Below are positions 16,865 to 26,546 of a stretch of 39,465 nucleotides of DNA, in pieces (the stretch's first letter is position 1; every line of letters begins with the position of its first letter). Origin of the DNA: a bacterium (GTDB lineage: Bacteria; Armatimonadota; Zipacnadia; Zipacnadales; Zipacnadaceae); NCBI GenBank assembly GCA_030607655.1, contig JAUWJN010000001.1:1-39465 (forward strand), in the 5' to 3' direction. Below the pieces are notes generated by a model, which was not told the origin of the DNA, made no database searches, and saw nothing but the letters and a program-made list of their open reading frames with translations. The position numbers and the translations under genes are program-made.

Positions 16865-18031
16865 GTGATTGTTGCAGTGATTGCGCCACACGGCGGCAAG
16901 CTGACGAACCGAGTGTTAGAGGGAGAAGCCCTTCAGGAAGCTCTTAAGGAAGCCAGAGGCCTACCCCGGGTCGAAGTTAACTCTGAACTGGCTACTGAGG
17001 TAAGGAATATTGCTCGTGGCGTCTTCAGCCCACTGGAGGGGGTTACACCCTCGGAGGCCTTCCAGAGCATCATAGAAAGTGATGCGTTGGCCTCGGGGGT
17101 GGCCTGGACTATTCCCATTATTTTCGACGTGCCCAGCCGAGATGCTATCCCCGAGGGCCAGCGAACTTGCTTGGTGGAGAATGGCCAGGCTAGGCCGCTA
17201 GCCATCTTGGATGTGGAAGATATTTACCTTTGGGATAAACAGAAGGCGGCAGCAGCGGTCTTCGGGACTACTGATAGCAACCACCCGGGGGTGAAGGGGT
17301 TCTACGAGCGTGGCGACTATTTGGTAGGGGGGAAGGTGGAACTGCTCGACAATAACCGCGGCCCCTATGAGAAGCTTAATCTCTCCCCGGTGGAAACGCG
17401 TGCGGTGTTCGAGGAGCGGGGCTGGCGGACAGTGTGTGCCTTCCAGACCCGCAACGTGCCCCACCGGGGCCACGAGGAGCTGCAGAAGACGGTCCTGGGG
17501 CTGGTAGACGGCTTGTTCATTCAGCCGGTTATCGGCAGGAAGAAGCCGGGAGACTTCCGCGACGATGTTATTCTGGCCACTTATGAAGCCCTCATTGACA
17601 ATTACTATGCCAAGGACAGGGTGTTTCTTAACATTTTGCCTTTTGTGATGCGTTATGCCGGGCCGAAAGAAGCCATTATGCACGCGATTATGCGGAAGAA
17701 CTACGGCTGCACCCATATAATAATTGGCCGTGACCACGCCGGAGTCGGCGATTACTATGGCGAAGAGGACGCCATTGAGATATTTGATGAGCCGCGCTTT
17801 GCCGACTTGGGGATCCGCCCCATTACTATCCGTGGGGATTTCTGGTACTGCCAGAAGTGCGGACGGGTAGCCAGCAACCGGACTTGTCCTCACGGCAAGG
17901 AGTGGCAGATTTCCTTCAGCGGGACAAAAATTCGCCAGCTTATCACCGAAGGAGAGGCACCCCCGCCCGAGATTATGCGCCCTGAGGTCTTCGCAGTTAT
18001 TCAGCAGTTCGACAATCCTTTTGTGACTTAG
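16865..18031 (+). CDS. sat: Sulfate adenylyltransferase (ATP sulfurylase)
   Basis: QTRNVPHRGHEEL, GRDHAGVGDYYG and PHGGKL at the N-terminus. There is a C-x2-C-x8-C-x-H cluster (CQKCGRVASNRTCPH). The start is ambiguous between 16865 and 16877. Confidence 0.9.
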   Translation: MIVAVIAPHGGKLTNRVLEGEALQEALKEARGLPRVEVNSELATEVRNIARGVFSPLEGVTPSEAFQSIIESDALASGVAWTIPIIFDVPSRDAIPEGQRTCLVENGQARPLAILDVEDIYLWDKQKAAAAVFGTTDSNHPGVKGFYERGDYLVGGKVELLDNNRGPYEKLNLSPVETRAVFEERGWRTVCAFQTRNVPHRGHEELQKTVLGLVDGLFIQPVIGRKKPGDFRDDVILATYEALIDNYYAKDRVFLNILPFVMRYAGPKEAIMHAIMRKNYGCTHIIIGRDHAGVGDYYGEEDAIEIFDEPRFADLGIRPITIRGDFWYCQKCGRVASNRTCPHGKEWQISFSGTKIRQLITEGEAPPPEIMRPEVFAVIQQFDNPFVT

Positions 18032-18123
18032 CCCACTATTAGACACATTGGCAAGCAGGTGTGTTTAGCTAATCCCGCCTTGAATACCGGAGTACTATGT
18101 GACAGTGGAAGGACACTTGTGAC

Positions 18124-19512
18124 ATGGCAGCGATAAATCGAGTAGTTATCATCGGCTGGGATTGCGCGCCCGCCGATTTGCTGTCGGACGAGTGGCTGGC
18201 GGAGATGCCCAATCTGCGCGGGATGGTTAACCAGGGACTGAGCGGGCCCCTGCGCAGCAGCGACCCGCCGATTACCGTGCCCGCGTGGACGTGTATGGTC
18301 AGCTCTAAGAATCCGGGCCAATTGGGGTTTTACGGATTCCGCAACCGCAAGATTGGTGAATACGACGGGATGTGGATTGCCACCAGCGCGGCGGTACGGG
18401 CTAGACGACTGTGGGATATATTGGGCGCCCGGGGCAAGCGGTGCGCTGTGTTTAATGTGCCTCAGACCTATCCGGTCAAGCCGGTTAATGGTGTGCTGAT
18501 CTCCAGCTTCCTGACTCCTGGCACCGACAGCCAGTATACCCATCCACCAGAGTTGAAGACAGATATTGACCGCGTGGCTGACGGCTACATAATTGATTGT
18601 GAGAACTTTCGCACTGACGATAAAGGACGGTTGCTCGACCAGATTTACCAGATTACTGACAAGCGTTTCGCTGTAGCGAAGTACCTGTGGGAGCAGGAGG
18701 CCTGGGATTTCTTTATGATGGTGTATATGGGCCCCGACCGCATCCAACACGGCTTCTGGAAGTATCACGATCCGCAGCATCGCAAGTTTCAGCCCGGCAA
18801 TCCATTCGAGAGGGCCATCCGGGACTACTACAAACATCTGGACCAACAACTGGGTGAACTGGTTAGTATGGCCGGTGAGGATGCCGCCATTATGGTAGTG
18901 TCTGACCACGGCGCCAAGCGAATGGAGGGCTCCTTTAACATCAATGATTGGCTGATTAAGCAAGGGCTCCTGACCCTCAACGCGCCTATAGACGGCCCGA
19001 CCAAATTCTCCGTTGATTTGGTGGACTGGTCAAAGACTGTCGCGTGGGCCTGGGGCGGATATTACTCGCGCGTCTTTATGAATGTGCAGGGGCGGGAGCC
19101 TCAGGGGACAGTGACACCTGGTGAATATGAGAGCGTACGAGATGATCTCATTAACCGACTGACTCAGGTTACAGATGATCAAGGACGCGTTATGAACACG
19201 CGGGCCCTGCGGCCCCAGGATTTATTCAGCGGGCCCTATGTCCAGGAGGCTCCTGATTTGTTCGTGTATTTTGATGACTTGTACTGGCGGGCCGGGGAGA
19301 GCCTGGGAAATGCCAGTCTGCACAGCTCTGATACGGAAATCGGCCCTGATGATGCTGTCCACGATTATGATGGCATATTCGTATTGAGCCTCCCTGGCGA
19401 GCAGAGAGGGGAAAGGCTGGCGCGGCTGCAACTTATGGATGTGGCGCCGACTGTGATGAAGCTCCTGGGCACTCAAATCCCAGTTGATTTTGAGGGAACC
19501 AGCGTTGTATAG
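18124..19512 (+). CDS. Alkaline-phosphatase-superfamily enzyme (type I phosphodiesterase / nucleotide pyrophosphatase-like)
   Basis: VVIIGWDCAPADLL and PITVPAWTCMVSSKNPGQLGFYGF (metal-ligand and nucleophile region), plus MVVSDHGAKRM (DHG metal site). Confidence 0.7.
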   Translation: MAAINRVVIIGWDCAPADLLSDEWLAEMPNLRGMVNQGLSGPLRSSDPPITVPAWTCMVSSKNPGQLGFYGFRNRKIGEYDGMWIATSAAVRARRLWDILGARGKRCAVFNVPQTYPVKPVNGVLISSFLTPGTDSQYTHPPELKTDIDRVADGYIIDCENFRTDDKGRLLDQIYQITDKRFAVAKYLWEQEAWDFFMMVYMGPDRIQHGFWKYHDPQHRKFQPGNPFERAIRDYYKHLDQQLGELVSMAGEDAAIMVVSDHGAKRMEGSFNINDWLIKQGLLTLNAPIDGPTKFSVDLVDWSKTVAWAWGGYYSRVFMNVQGREPQGTVTPGEYESVRDDLINRLTQVTDDQGRVMNTRALRPQDLFSGPYVQEAPDLFVYFDDLYWRAGESLGNASLHSSDTEIGPDDAVHDYDGIFVLSLPGEQRGERLARLQLMDVAPTVMKLLGTQIPVDFEGTSVV

Positions 19513-19538
19513 ATAGTATAAGCTGATAGGAGAGAACC

Positions 19539-20072
19539 ATGAACGACCACGGCACTGTAATATGGTTTACTGGCGTGCCCGCTTCGGGCAAATCAACTAT
19601 TGCTAGCCTTGTGGAGAACAAGCTACGTGCTGGGGGGCTGCCAGTCGAAAACCTGGATGCCGACGAAATCCGCGCTAATCTGAGCCCCAATTTGGGATAT
19701 ACGGCCCAAGCCCGGGATGAGAACACCAAGCGCCTGGCGTGGATGGGCCAGATGCTCTCGAAGTATGGAGTGAACGTAATTGTTGCTGCCGTCTCGCCCC
19801 TGCGCTCACATCGCGACCGGGCGCGGGCATGGTGCGCTAGATTTGTGGAGGTATTTGTGGACTGCCCCACCGAAGTCTGCCAGGAGCGCGACCCTAAGGG
19901 CCTGTATGCCCGGGCGGCGAGCGGCGAGGTCAATGACATCGCCGGCATGCACATGCCCTATGAAGTGCCGGCGAGCCCTGAAGTACACTCCCGCACAGAT
20001 CAGGTTGACGCAGAGGCCTGCGCCCAGATGGTAATCGACAAGCTTGTAGAGCTTACCTACATTGGTTCTTAA
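19539..20072 (+). CDS. cysC: Adenylyl-sulfate (APS) kinase
   Basis: P-loop IWFTGVPASGKSTIA, LDADEIR, VIVAAVSPLRSHRDRAR and GLYARAASGEV. AGGAGA Shine-Dalgarno upstream. Confidence 0.9.
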   Translation: MNDHGTVIWFTGVPASGKSTIASLVENKLRAGGLPVENLDADEIRANLSPNLGYTAQARDENTKRLAWMGQMLSKYGVNVIVAAVSPLRSHRDRARAWCARFVEVFVDCPTEVCQERDPKGLYARAASGEVNDIAGMHMPYEVPASPEVHSRTDQVDAEACAQMVIDKLVELTYIGS

Positions 20073-20143
20073 TAGTCGGCTCAGATATATCTGCCCGGCG
20101 TGATGACGCCGTACTGCCCAAAAGTACGGTAGGAGTAAGTGCA

Positions 20144-21055
20144 ATGAACTTCGTGCAGGCCCTGCCGGTTAGCTTTCGGCGGCGCTTCAAGCGCGCGCTG
20201 GTCGTCGTATGGATTACGTCTGCTATCCTCCTCGTGGGCGGTGCGGTCGCTCTCGCGGTACTGGGGAAAGGCGTGGATTTTGCGATAGTACACCATCGCG
20301 GCTGGCTGGTCTTCGGGCTGGCTGTCGTGCTCTCCTTTGTAGCCGAGTATGTGGACAGTTCGATAGGTATGGGTTATGGGACGACTCTCACGCCCATGCT
20401 TCTGCTGCTGGGCTTCGCTCCCTTGCAGATCGTCCCCGCGGTGCTCCTGCAGGAACTGATCTCGGGCTCTCTGGCGGCCTATAGTCACCACTCCCTTGGC
20501 AATGTTGACCTCCGGCCGGGCAAAACCGCCCTGAAGCTCGGCCTCCTGCTCGGCGTATGCGGGTTGGTTGGAGGGAGCATCGCGGCCACAGTAGCCTTGG
20601 AATTGCCCAAGGCGACAATAAAAGTCATGACTGGGATCATAGTTTTGGCTATGGGGGTGCTTGTGGCCTTGGCCGGCCGTATGCGCCTGCGCTTCTCCTG
20701 GCCGCGAGCCGGGGTTCTTGGTCTCATTGCAGCAGCAAACAAGGGTTTCATGGGGGGTGGTTATGGGCCCCTTATCACGTCGGGCCAAGTTGTCAGTGGC
20801 GTGGCAACCCGCGAAGCAATTGGCATCACGTCCCTCGCAGAAGCGTTTACTTGTGTGGGAGGTCTAGCGGGCTACCTGGTGGGTGGCACCCACATCTTTT
20901 GGCCTCTAGCCGGAGGAATGATAGTCGGCGGTGCTATAGCGGCAGTCCTTGGGGCAGCGACGGTCAGAGCCATATCGCCGGCCAAACTCACTATCGCTGT
21001 GTCTGCTGGCTGCGTGTTCCTTGGCGTATTGACCCTAATGCGAGCGCTGATGTAG
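20144..21055 (+). CDS. TauE/SafE (DUF81) family anion (sulfite/sulfonate-type) transporter
   Basis: 303 aa with about 8 TM helices and an internal duplication carrying Gly-rich motifs (IGMGYGTTL and FMGGGYGPLI). It lies in the operon with sat and cysC. Confidence 0.75.
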   Translation: MNFVQALPVSFRRRFKRALVVVWITSAILLVGGAVALAVLGKGVDFAIVHHRGWLVFGLAVVLSFVAEYVDSSIGMGYGTTLTPMLLLLGFAPLQIVPAVLLQELISGSLAAYSHHSLGNVDLRPGKTALKLGLLLGVCGLVGGSIAATVALELPKATIKVMTGIIVLAMGVLVALAGRMRLRFSWPRAGVLGLIAAANKGFMGGGYGPLITSGQVVSGVATREAIGITSLAEAFTCVGGLAGYLVGGTHIFWPLAGGMIVGGAIAAVLGAATVRAISPAKLTIAVSAGCVFLGVLTLMRALM

Positions 21056-21257
21056 CTCCTTTCGGGGGTTATAAACGCCGTAGACATCCATTTTATTTAG
21101 CGGTCAGGGCTGTACTATCAACACCAGTAGCGGCGGTAACTACTCAACGGTTTGGCACCAAAAAATCCTTAAAGAGATTATTGCTACTTTAGTTATAATT
21201 ATGGCCTTGCTAACCCTGTATAAGGTCGTTTGCTAATCTATCCCCTTGTTGCTCTCT

Positions 21258-21271
21258 GGTAGTTAACTACC
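21258..21271. promoter_or_regulatory. 14-bp perfect palindrome GGTAGTTAACTACC (operator-like)
   Basis: Read directly from the sequence. It lies in the 475-bp non-coding gap upstream of the BadF/SIS genes. Confidence 0.35.
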
Positions 21272-21347
21272 CTATCTGCTATGCTGGCCAGGTGGTTGTG
21301 CACGACCCTGCAATAATTTGTTCACATTTTGTACATAATTCTGCAAT

Positions 21348-21373
21348 AAAAGGTGACCCTAGGGTCACCTTTT
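21348..21373. repeat. 26-bp perfect palindrome AAAAGGTGACCC-TA-GGGTCACCTTTT: bidirectional terminator-like hairpin or operator
   Basis: Read directly from the sequence. It is flanked by the CTGCAATAA direct repeats at 21308-21316 and 21341-21349. Confidence 0.5.
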
Positions 21374-21530
21374 GCACGCTAAGTATGAACCAATTATTCA
21401 TAAACTGCGAATGTTTAGCAGGGAATGTGATGCCAACAGAGAACGTACAAGGGAACTGTTGGATCGGCCGCTCGCAATTCAGAGCTTTCCAGTTCTAGCT
21501 CTTGAACTGTCTGAGAGGAGAGAGGCCTAA

Positions 21531-22523
21531 TTGCGATTCTTTTTAGGTGTTGATGGCGGTGGTTCGAAGTGCGACGTAGCCCTGATTGACGAGACTGGAA
21601 CCGTCCTCGGCTGGGGAACAGGGGGATCTACCCGTACGACCTATATCCCCGCAGAAGCCGTCATCCAGTCTTATAGGCAGGCCATGGCCGGGGCTTTAGG
21701 CGAAAATTTCCCTGGTGAACTGTGGGTCTGCGGCGATACGTTGGACGATGTGGTTCAGGAGTGGTTGACGGCTCAAAATATCACCGTCCACCAATTACCG
21801 GTCGGGGAAATGGACCGTTTGTACGGCGCGGCCCTGCGGAGCTGGGGTATTGTGGTGCTCGCCGGCACCGGCTCCTTTGTCCACGGCCGCACTCCGGCAG
21901 GCAAGGAAATCCATCTTGGCTCGCTGGGGTACATTTTGGGAGACGAAGGCGGCGGTTATGATATTGGGAGACGAGGACTAAAGGCTGCCTGGGAAGCTTC
22001 CTGGACAGCCCGGAAACGAACAAGCCTGGCCGAGGCCATACCCAAAGTTATAGGAGACTTTGAGTTGAATTGGACTATGGTGTACACCGGCGAAATGGGG
22101 CCCAAGGAAATCGCAGCGCTGGCCCCGGTTGTAACCGAGCAAGCTATGGCCGGTGACCGCATTTCGCTCGCAATATTGCACCAAGGGGCAGAGAGCCTGG
22201 CCGAGCTAGCCGCAATTATCCTTGACAAGCTGGACGTAATCGGCCAAGCCTACCCCGTAATCGGCATTGGCGGGGTCATCCAGGGCGCGCCGATGTACTG
22301 GCAGATATTATCCGAAAAGATTCTACAGCACGACCCGACCTTAGTGCCCACAGTGCCACTGGTAAAGCCTGCCGTGGGGGCCGCGTTTGTGGGCATGCAA
22401 CAGGTGGGTTTGCCGGTTACCGGTGAAATCCGTGACCGGGTCGTGGCAACCCAACAGGCCTTCCCTGAAGCCCGCGTAAATACCGTTATTCCAAGGCCGT
22501 CCGATGCCACTGGAGGTGTTTGA
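21531..22523 (+). CDS. BadF/BadG/BcrA/BcrD-type ATPase, N-acetylglucosamine-kinase-like sugar kinase
   Basis: FLGVDGGGSKCDVALIDETGTVLGWG (ASKHA phosphate-1 motif), LAGTGSF and GYILGDEGGGYDIG. TTG start with a GAGGAGAGAGG Shine-Dalgarno. Confidence 0.8.
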   Translation: MRFFLGVDGGGSKCDVALIDETGTVLGWGTGGSTRTTYIPAEAVIQSYRQAMAGALGENFPGELWVCGDTLDDVVQEWLTAQNITVHQLPVGEMDRLYGAALRSWGIVVLAGTGSFVHGRTPAGKEIHLGSLGYILGDEGGGYDIGRRGLKAAWEASWTARKRTSLAEAIPKVIGDFELNWTMVYTGEMGPKEIAALAPVVTEQAMAGDRISLAILHQGAESLAELAAIILDKLDVIGQAYPVIGIGGVIQGAPMYWQILSEKILQHDPTLVPTVPLVKPAVGAAFVGMQQVGLPVTGEIRDRVVATQQAFPEARVNTVIPRPSDATGGV

Positions 22524-22524
22524 T

Positions 22525-23265
22525 ATGCTTCAGCACCAATACTTGCAAAAAGTGCGGGAGCTGATAGATAAGATCGAAATTGCCCAGGATATGCAGATAG
22601 ACGTGGCGGCCGAGGCTATCGCTGTAGCCCTGGCTAGCGGTCACGGCTTTTTCATTAGCTCATTAGGCCATGGCAACGATGGCGACCTGCTTAACCGAGC
22701 TGGGGGGCTGATGGCCGCTCAGCGCTTTAATTTTAACTGGCAGGTGAATAGTCCCATCGCGGACGCGCTGCAAGATCGTCCCCGCCCCGAACCATTCGAC
22801 GCAGAGCTTGAAGCGGCCCGAGTGGCAGTCCGCTCCAGTCAGCTCCGCAGCGGCGACTGCCTGATAACCGGTTCCGTCTCGGGGCGCTCCTCTCGGCCCA
22901 TCTCCACGGCTATTGGGGCCCGCGAGATCGGCGTCACCGTTATTGCCATCATGTCTCTGCAATATACACAACAAGTTCAGTCGCTGCACACCTCAGGCAA
23001 GCGGCTTTTCGAGGTGGTCGACATTGTCATTGACAATTGCGTGCCCTACGGCGATGCCTGTTTGGAAGTGGAGGGGCTTCCAGCACCTGTATTCCCGCTC
23101 TCCGGCATTGCAAACACTATTGTCTGCTGGATGATCTGTGCCCAGGTTATTGAGAAAATGCTGGCCCAGGGCCTCCAGCCGCATGTCTACATGAGCGTAA
23201 ACCGCGAAGGCGGGTCGGAATTTAACGAGAAACAGCAGGCCGAGTATAACCGGGTTGGATATTAG
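22525..23265 (+). CDS. SIS-domain protein (UPF0309-like sugar-phosphate isomerase/deaminase fold), paralogue 1
   Basis: AAEAIAVALASGHGFFISSLGHG, GDCLITGSVSGRSSRPI and VTVIAIMS. The ATG at 22525 lies 1 nt after the upstream stop, with GGAGG upstream. Confidence 0.75.
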   Translation: MLQHQYLQKVRELIDKIEIAQDMQIDVAAEAIAVALASGHGFFISSLGHGNDGDLLNRAGGLMAAQRFNFNWQVNSPIADALQDRPRPEPFDAELEAARVAVRSSQLRSGDCLITGSVSGRSSRPISTAIGAREIGVTVIAIMSLQYTQQVQSLHTSGKRLFEVVDIVIDNCVPYGDACLEVEGLPAPVFPLSGIANTIVCWMICAQVIEKMLAQGLQPHVYMSVNREGGSEFNEKQQAEYNRVGY

Positions 23266-23323
23266 ATAACGGCAAAGAAGTACGGCACTACTGCTCAATG
23301 TTCTTTAGAAAGGGGCAAGTATT

Positions 23324-24061
23324 ATGTCGGCAGAAGTGTACTTTGACGCGACAAGTGATTTATTGCAGAAACTGCGCACTACGCAGCTTCCCCAGATTAA
23401 GGCAGTCGCTGAGTTGCTGGCGGAGACCATAGCGTCGGGACATACCATCTTCGCGTTTGGGGCTACACATTCCTTTGCCCTTGCCGCCGAGATGGTATAT
23501 CGAAGCGGGGGGCTAATGCTCGTAAACCCCATCTATCCCCATGGCATGGATCTTTCCGTTATTCCTGCGCCGCAGACGTCAGAAACCGAACGTCTCCTGG
23601 GGCTGGGGCGTATACTGCTGGAAAACAGCCCCGCACGCGCAGGTGATGCCCTCCTGATTGCTTCGGTCTCGGGGCGCAATGCGGTGGCTATTGATATGGC
23701 CATCGCGGCAGCGGAGCGAGGCCTTACAACAATTGCGATAACTTCAGTTGAGTACAGCCGGGCGGTCACCAGCCGTCATCCCAGTGGCAAACGGCTGATG
23801 GAGCTGTGTGATATGGTAATTGATAACTGTGTGCCCAAAGGGGACAGCGCTGTCCAGGTGCCCGAGCTGCCCCAAAAGACCGGCCCCCTCTCAACTGTGC
23901 TGGGATGTGTGGTGGTGAATGCTGTGCTGTGCCAGACCGTTGCTAATCTCGTTGAGCGAGGAGTTGAACCGCCAGTGTTTATGAGTGCTAACCTCGACGG
24001 CGGTGATGAGCATAACGCCCGGTTACTGGAGCAGTTTCGCGACCGGATTTTTTATTTATAG
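23324..24061 (+). CDS. SIS-domain protein (UPF0309-like), paralogue 2
   Basis: VAELLAETIASGHTIFAFGATHSFALAAEMVYRSGGL, GDALLIASVSGRNAVAIDMA and TTIAITS. It is colinear with the preceding paralogue, including DMVIDNCVPKGD against DIVIDNCVPYGD. Confidence 0.75.
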   Translation: MSAEVYFDATSDLLQKLRTTQLPQIKAVAELLAETIASGHTIFAFGATHSFALAAEMVYRSGGLMLVNPIYPHGMDLSVIPAPQTSETERLLGLGRILLENSPARAGDALLIASVSGRNAVAIDMAIAAAERGLTTIAITSVEYSRAVTSRHPSGKRLMELCDMVIDNCVPKGDSAVQVPELPQKTGPLSTVLGCVVVNAVLCQTVANLVERGVEPPVFMSANLDGGDEHNARLLEQFRDRIFYL

Positions 24062-24206
24062 CATGGCTAAGGCAGAGGATATCAATGGCTTGCCGAGGGC
24101 TGCTGTTTAACATAATATAACTTATGCGAAGCTGGCTGCAGCACTACTGGCGGGGTTGTTTGAGGGGCGAGCAACGAAAATATCGGCCTCGGTCAGCTCA
24201 ACGGCA

Positions 24207-26546
24207 TTACTGCTGAGAACCATCAAAGCCCCAGTGAGGCGCTGGTACTGGGCCAGTCCCCGCTGAGAATGCATCTTTGTTGCTTAGGTTCTTCTTGAAG
24301 CTGTTTTCTAGATGCAACCTTAACTGGTCTAGCTCCTGGCCGAATGAGCACAGCATTTCTTCCCATAGTCTCATATTAGACAGTAGTCCGTTTTCGGGGA
24401 AGATGACGTTGTCCTGGGGCGTCCACTTGTCCTCAGATGCCTGCATGTCGAGGCCCTGGAAAAACTGATTTGCCGCCGGCGGGAAATTCTTTTTGATGAA
24501 CTCCTCAGCCTGGCGAAGAAGAACTTCGCACTCCCCCACCCCGCGGTCTAGCGCCCCGTTGCCACCGTCAAAGCCTAGCTTTGACTCCAGGCGGAGAAAT
24601 TCCAGCCTTACCAGGCCCAATTCCGTTACCTGGATTTTCCAGTCAATATCACCGGCATATTCCTGGTGAAAGTCTGTCTCTGCCCTTCCGCGCCTGAGCA
24701 GTGACAAGCCCTCCTCTGTCAGGACCTTGGTTTGAACCCAGTACTCCATGCATTCTCGAAAGGTGCCTTTGTCCAGGTAGGGATTCCAGTTACGCCTGCC
24801 GCATATGAGAGATTCCGGATGGTAAAGGGGGATGATCTCTGTTTGGTCAATCAATCGTAAACATAGTGCCTTGGCAATATGCGTCCCGGCCTGCTCACCA
24901 TAAATAGCCCTGCAAACCTCCATGACCGCACCATGCTCGCCGTAGACTTCATTAGGATAATAGTGCCCGCGATAGGCACCGTGGTATATGTTGACCCATT
25001 CTCGATCACTCTCTGGCAGCTCGTGGAACCTGTTAGTTTTTGAGTTCCACGAAAAGTCAGCGCTGAATATCATATTGACCTCTCGGTCACTGACTGCCTC
25101 CATTGAGGCAACCGTCGCCGCGCCGTCAAATGTTGAGTAGAAAACGGGTGTGGCAACAACAGATCTGGTATAAGTAACGCCGGGAGTAGCCCATTTTCTG
25201 GCCGCGCCCGCACCAGGGGGACCAACGAAAACAATAACGAATATCCCGTGGCCGTTTGCGTTCTGCTTCACTCTATCCGCAAGTTCTTTGACCCTCAGCG
25301 AATTTTTCTCTTTTCGGCAACCTTGCTCCCTTATTATTAGCTGAACGTTGTCAACGTACTTTAAGCCTTTGCTAAACTGCTCATAGAACCGCAGCTCCCC
25401 CTCCCAATCGTCATCGTCTTCGGTGTAATAGGTGTATGGAGGAGTGACCAGCCCGATGATGCAATCTCTCCTGGCATCGTAACCCGTGGATTCGTTCTTT
25501 ACGCTGAAGACTGCCTCGCACAACATATTGTCGATGTAAGCATATGCCCCGGCCATGCCACGCGGAGATTCTATGGTGTCATCAGACCACAGTTCTCGGC
25601 ACTGCGTGCATCGCGACTTCCAGGTTTCTGTGGTGTCCCAATAGAAGCCTCTGTCAAAGCTGTGCAGGTACAAAGCGCCCGGTTCGCCCGCTTTTACGTA
25701 GTCCTGCAGCTTTGCACATTTGATTTGCCACGCTTCTTCATTGGAAACACACCACGCGCCAGTGAATGCGTCTTGCTAGTCCTCTGGGTATGCAATACCC
25801 ATACATGGGTAGGTCTCCCCGTCTGGGTAGGAGGTTCTGTTTCTCATTCCAAAGGCAGTGGTTCCGCCAGACATAAGCCGGATACCGCGCTCTCGTGCAT
25901 ACCTGTTAAGGGTTGAGGCTATTTGGCTAAAGCCAGGGAACATTTGGATCCTGAAGTCGGCATAGGAGCAATCCAGGTAAATCATGTTGATCTTGTACTT
26001 CAAAGCCCAGTCTATACGCTGCTTCCCGGCTTCAATGAACTTCGCAATGCCCTGGCCGCGGTCATAACCCCATCGCGCAACCTCATAGTTTTGTAGCCAA
26101 TTGGCTGCCAGCCTGTATTTGTAATCAGGCCAATCCTCAACCTCGAATTTTGGGAGATTGGGGGTGGCCTGCTCATATATCTGGGTCAACGTCTGGACAC
26201 CATATAACACGCCGTTCGCGGACGAGCCTACTATTGAGATAGTGCCCGAGCAGTCATTGGTGAGGATGTAGGCTTGGCCGGTAGCGTCTTCCAGAATGTT
26301 CTCGTCCACACTCAAAGTGATGACAAGTGGCGCTCTCCTGTCTTCTGGGCCAGACGTGTCAAATAGGCGGCTGAGGTATTCGGTGGAAAGTTTGATCATG
26401 CAGGCATGGACATCGCAGTTGTCCGTAACAACTGTGACGTGCTTGCCCCGGACAGGAAGCACTTTCTCCTCATCGATAATCATTTTCTGGGGCTTAGGGT
26501 AGAGGCGAATCACGGGTCCCCCGCTGTCGGATGGACTCGGCAGCAC
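24207..26546 (-). pseudogene. GH20-like (hexosaminidase-related) protein interrupted by a single in-frame TAG at 25778-25776
   Basis: Track ORFs 25776..26546 and 24207..25673 are in the same frame, and the span is 780 codons. The N-terminal part carries GH20 domain-2-like motifs: RLYPKPQKMII, GVLYGVQTLTQIY and EVEDWPDYKYRL. The 34 codons between the TAG and the second ORF are open and protein-like (QDAFTGAWCVSNEEAWQIKCAKLQDYVKAGEPGA). Confidence 0.55.

Noticed and set aside
17198-18963. Two long minus-strand ORFs (282 aa and 311 aa) opposite sat and the AP-family gene
   Set aside because: They are shadow ORFs of well-supported plus-strand genes. Their translations are low-complexity (R/G/P/A/L-rich) with no motifs and no ribosome-binding sites.
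20081-21192. ORFs of 235 aa (minus strand) and 211 aa (plus strand, alternative frame) overlapping the TauE gene
   Set aside because: These are off-frame or antisense readings of a Gly/Ala/Leu-rich transporter gene, with no motifs.
21292-21498. 68-aa ORF in the leader of the BadF/SIS operon
   Set aside because: It is Cys/Asn/Phe-rich with no Shine-Dalgarno sequence, and it is read straight through the 26-bp palindrome. It is probably non-coding.
25776-25778. The in-frame TAG as pyrrolysine or a genome-wide stop-codon reassignment
   Set aside because: TAG clearly terminates other good genes here, such as repA at 2446-2448 and the OPX gene at 11157-11159. No pyl genes are visible. A local mutation, sequencing error or leaky read-through is more parsimonious.
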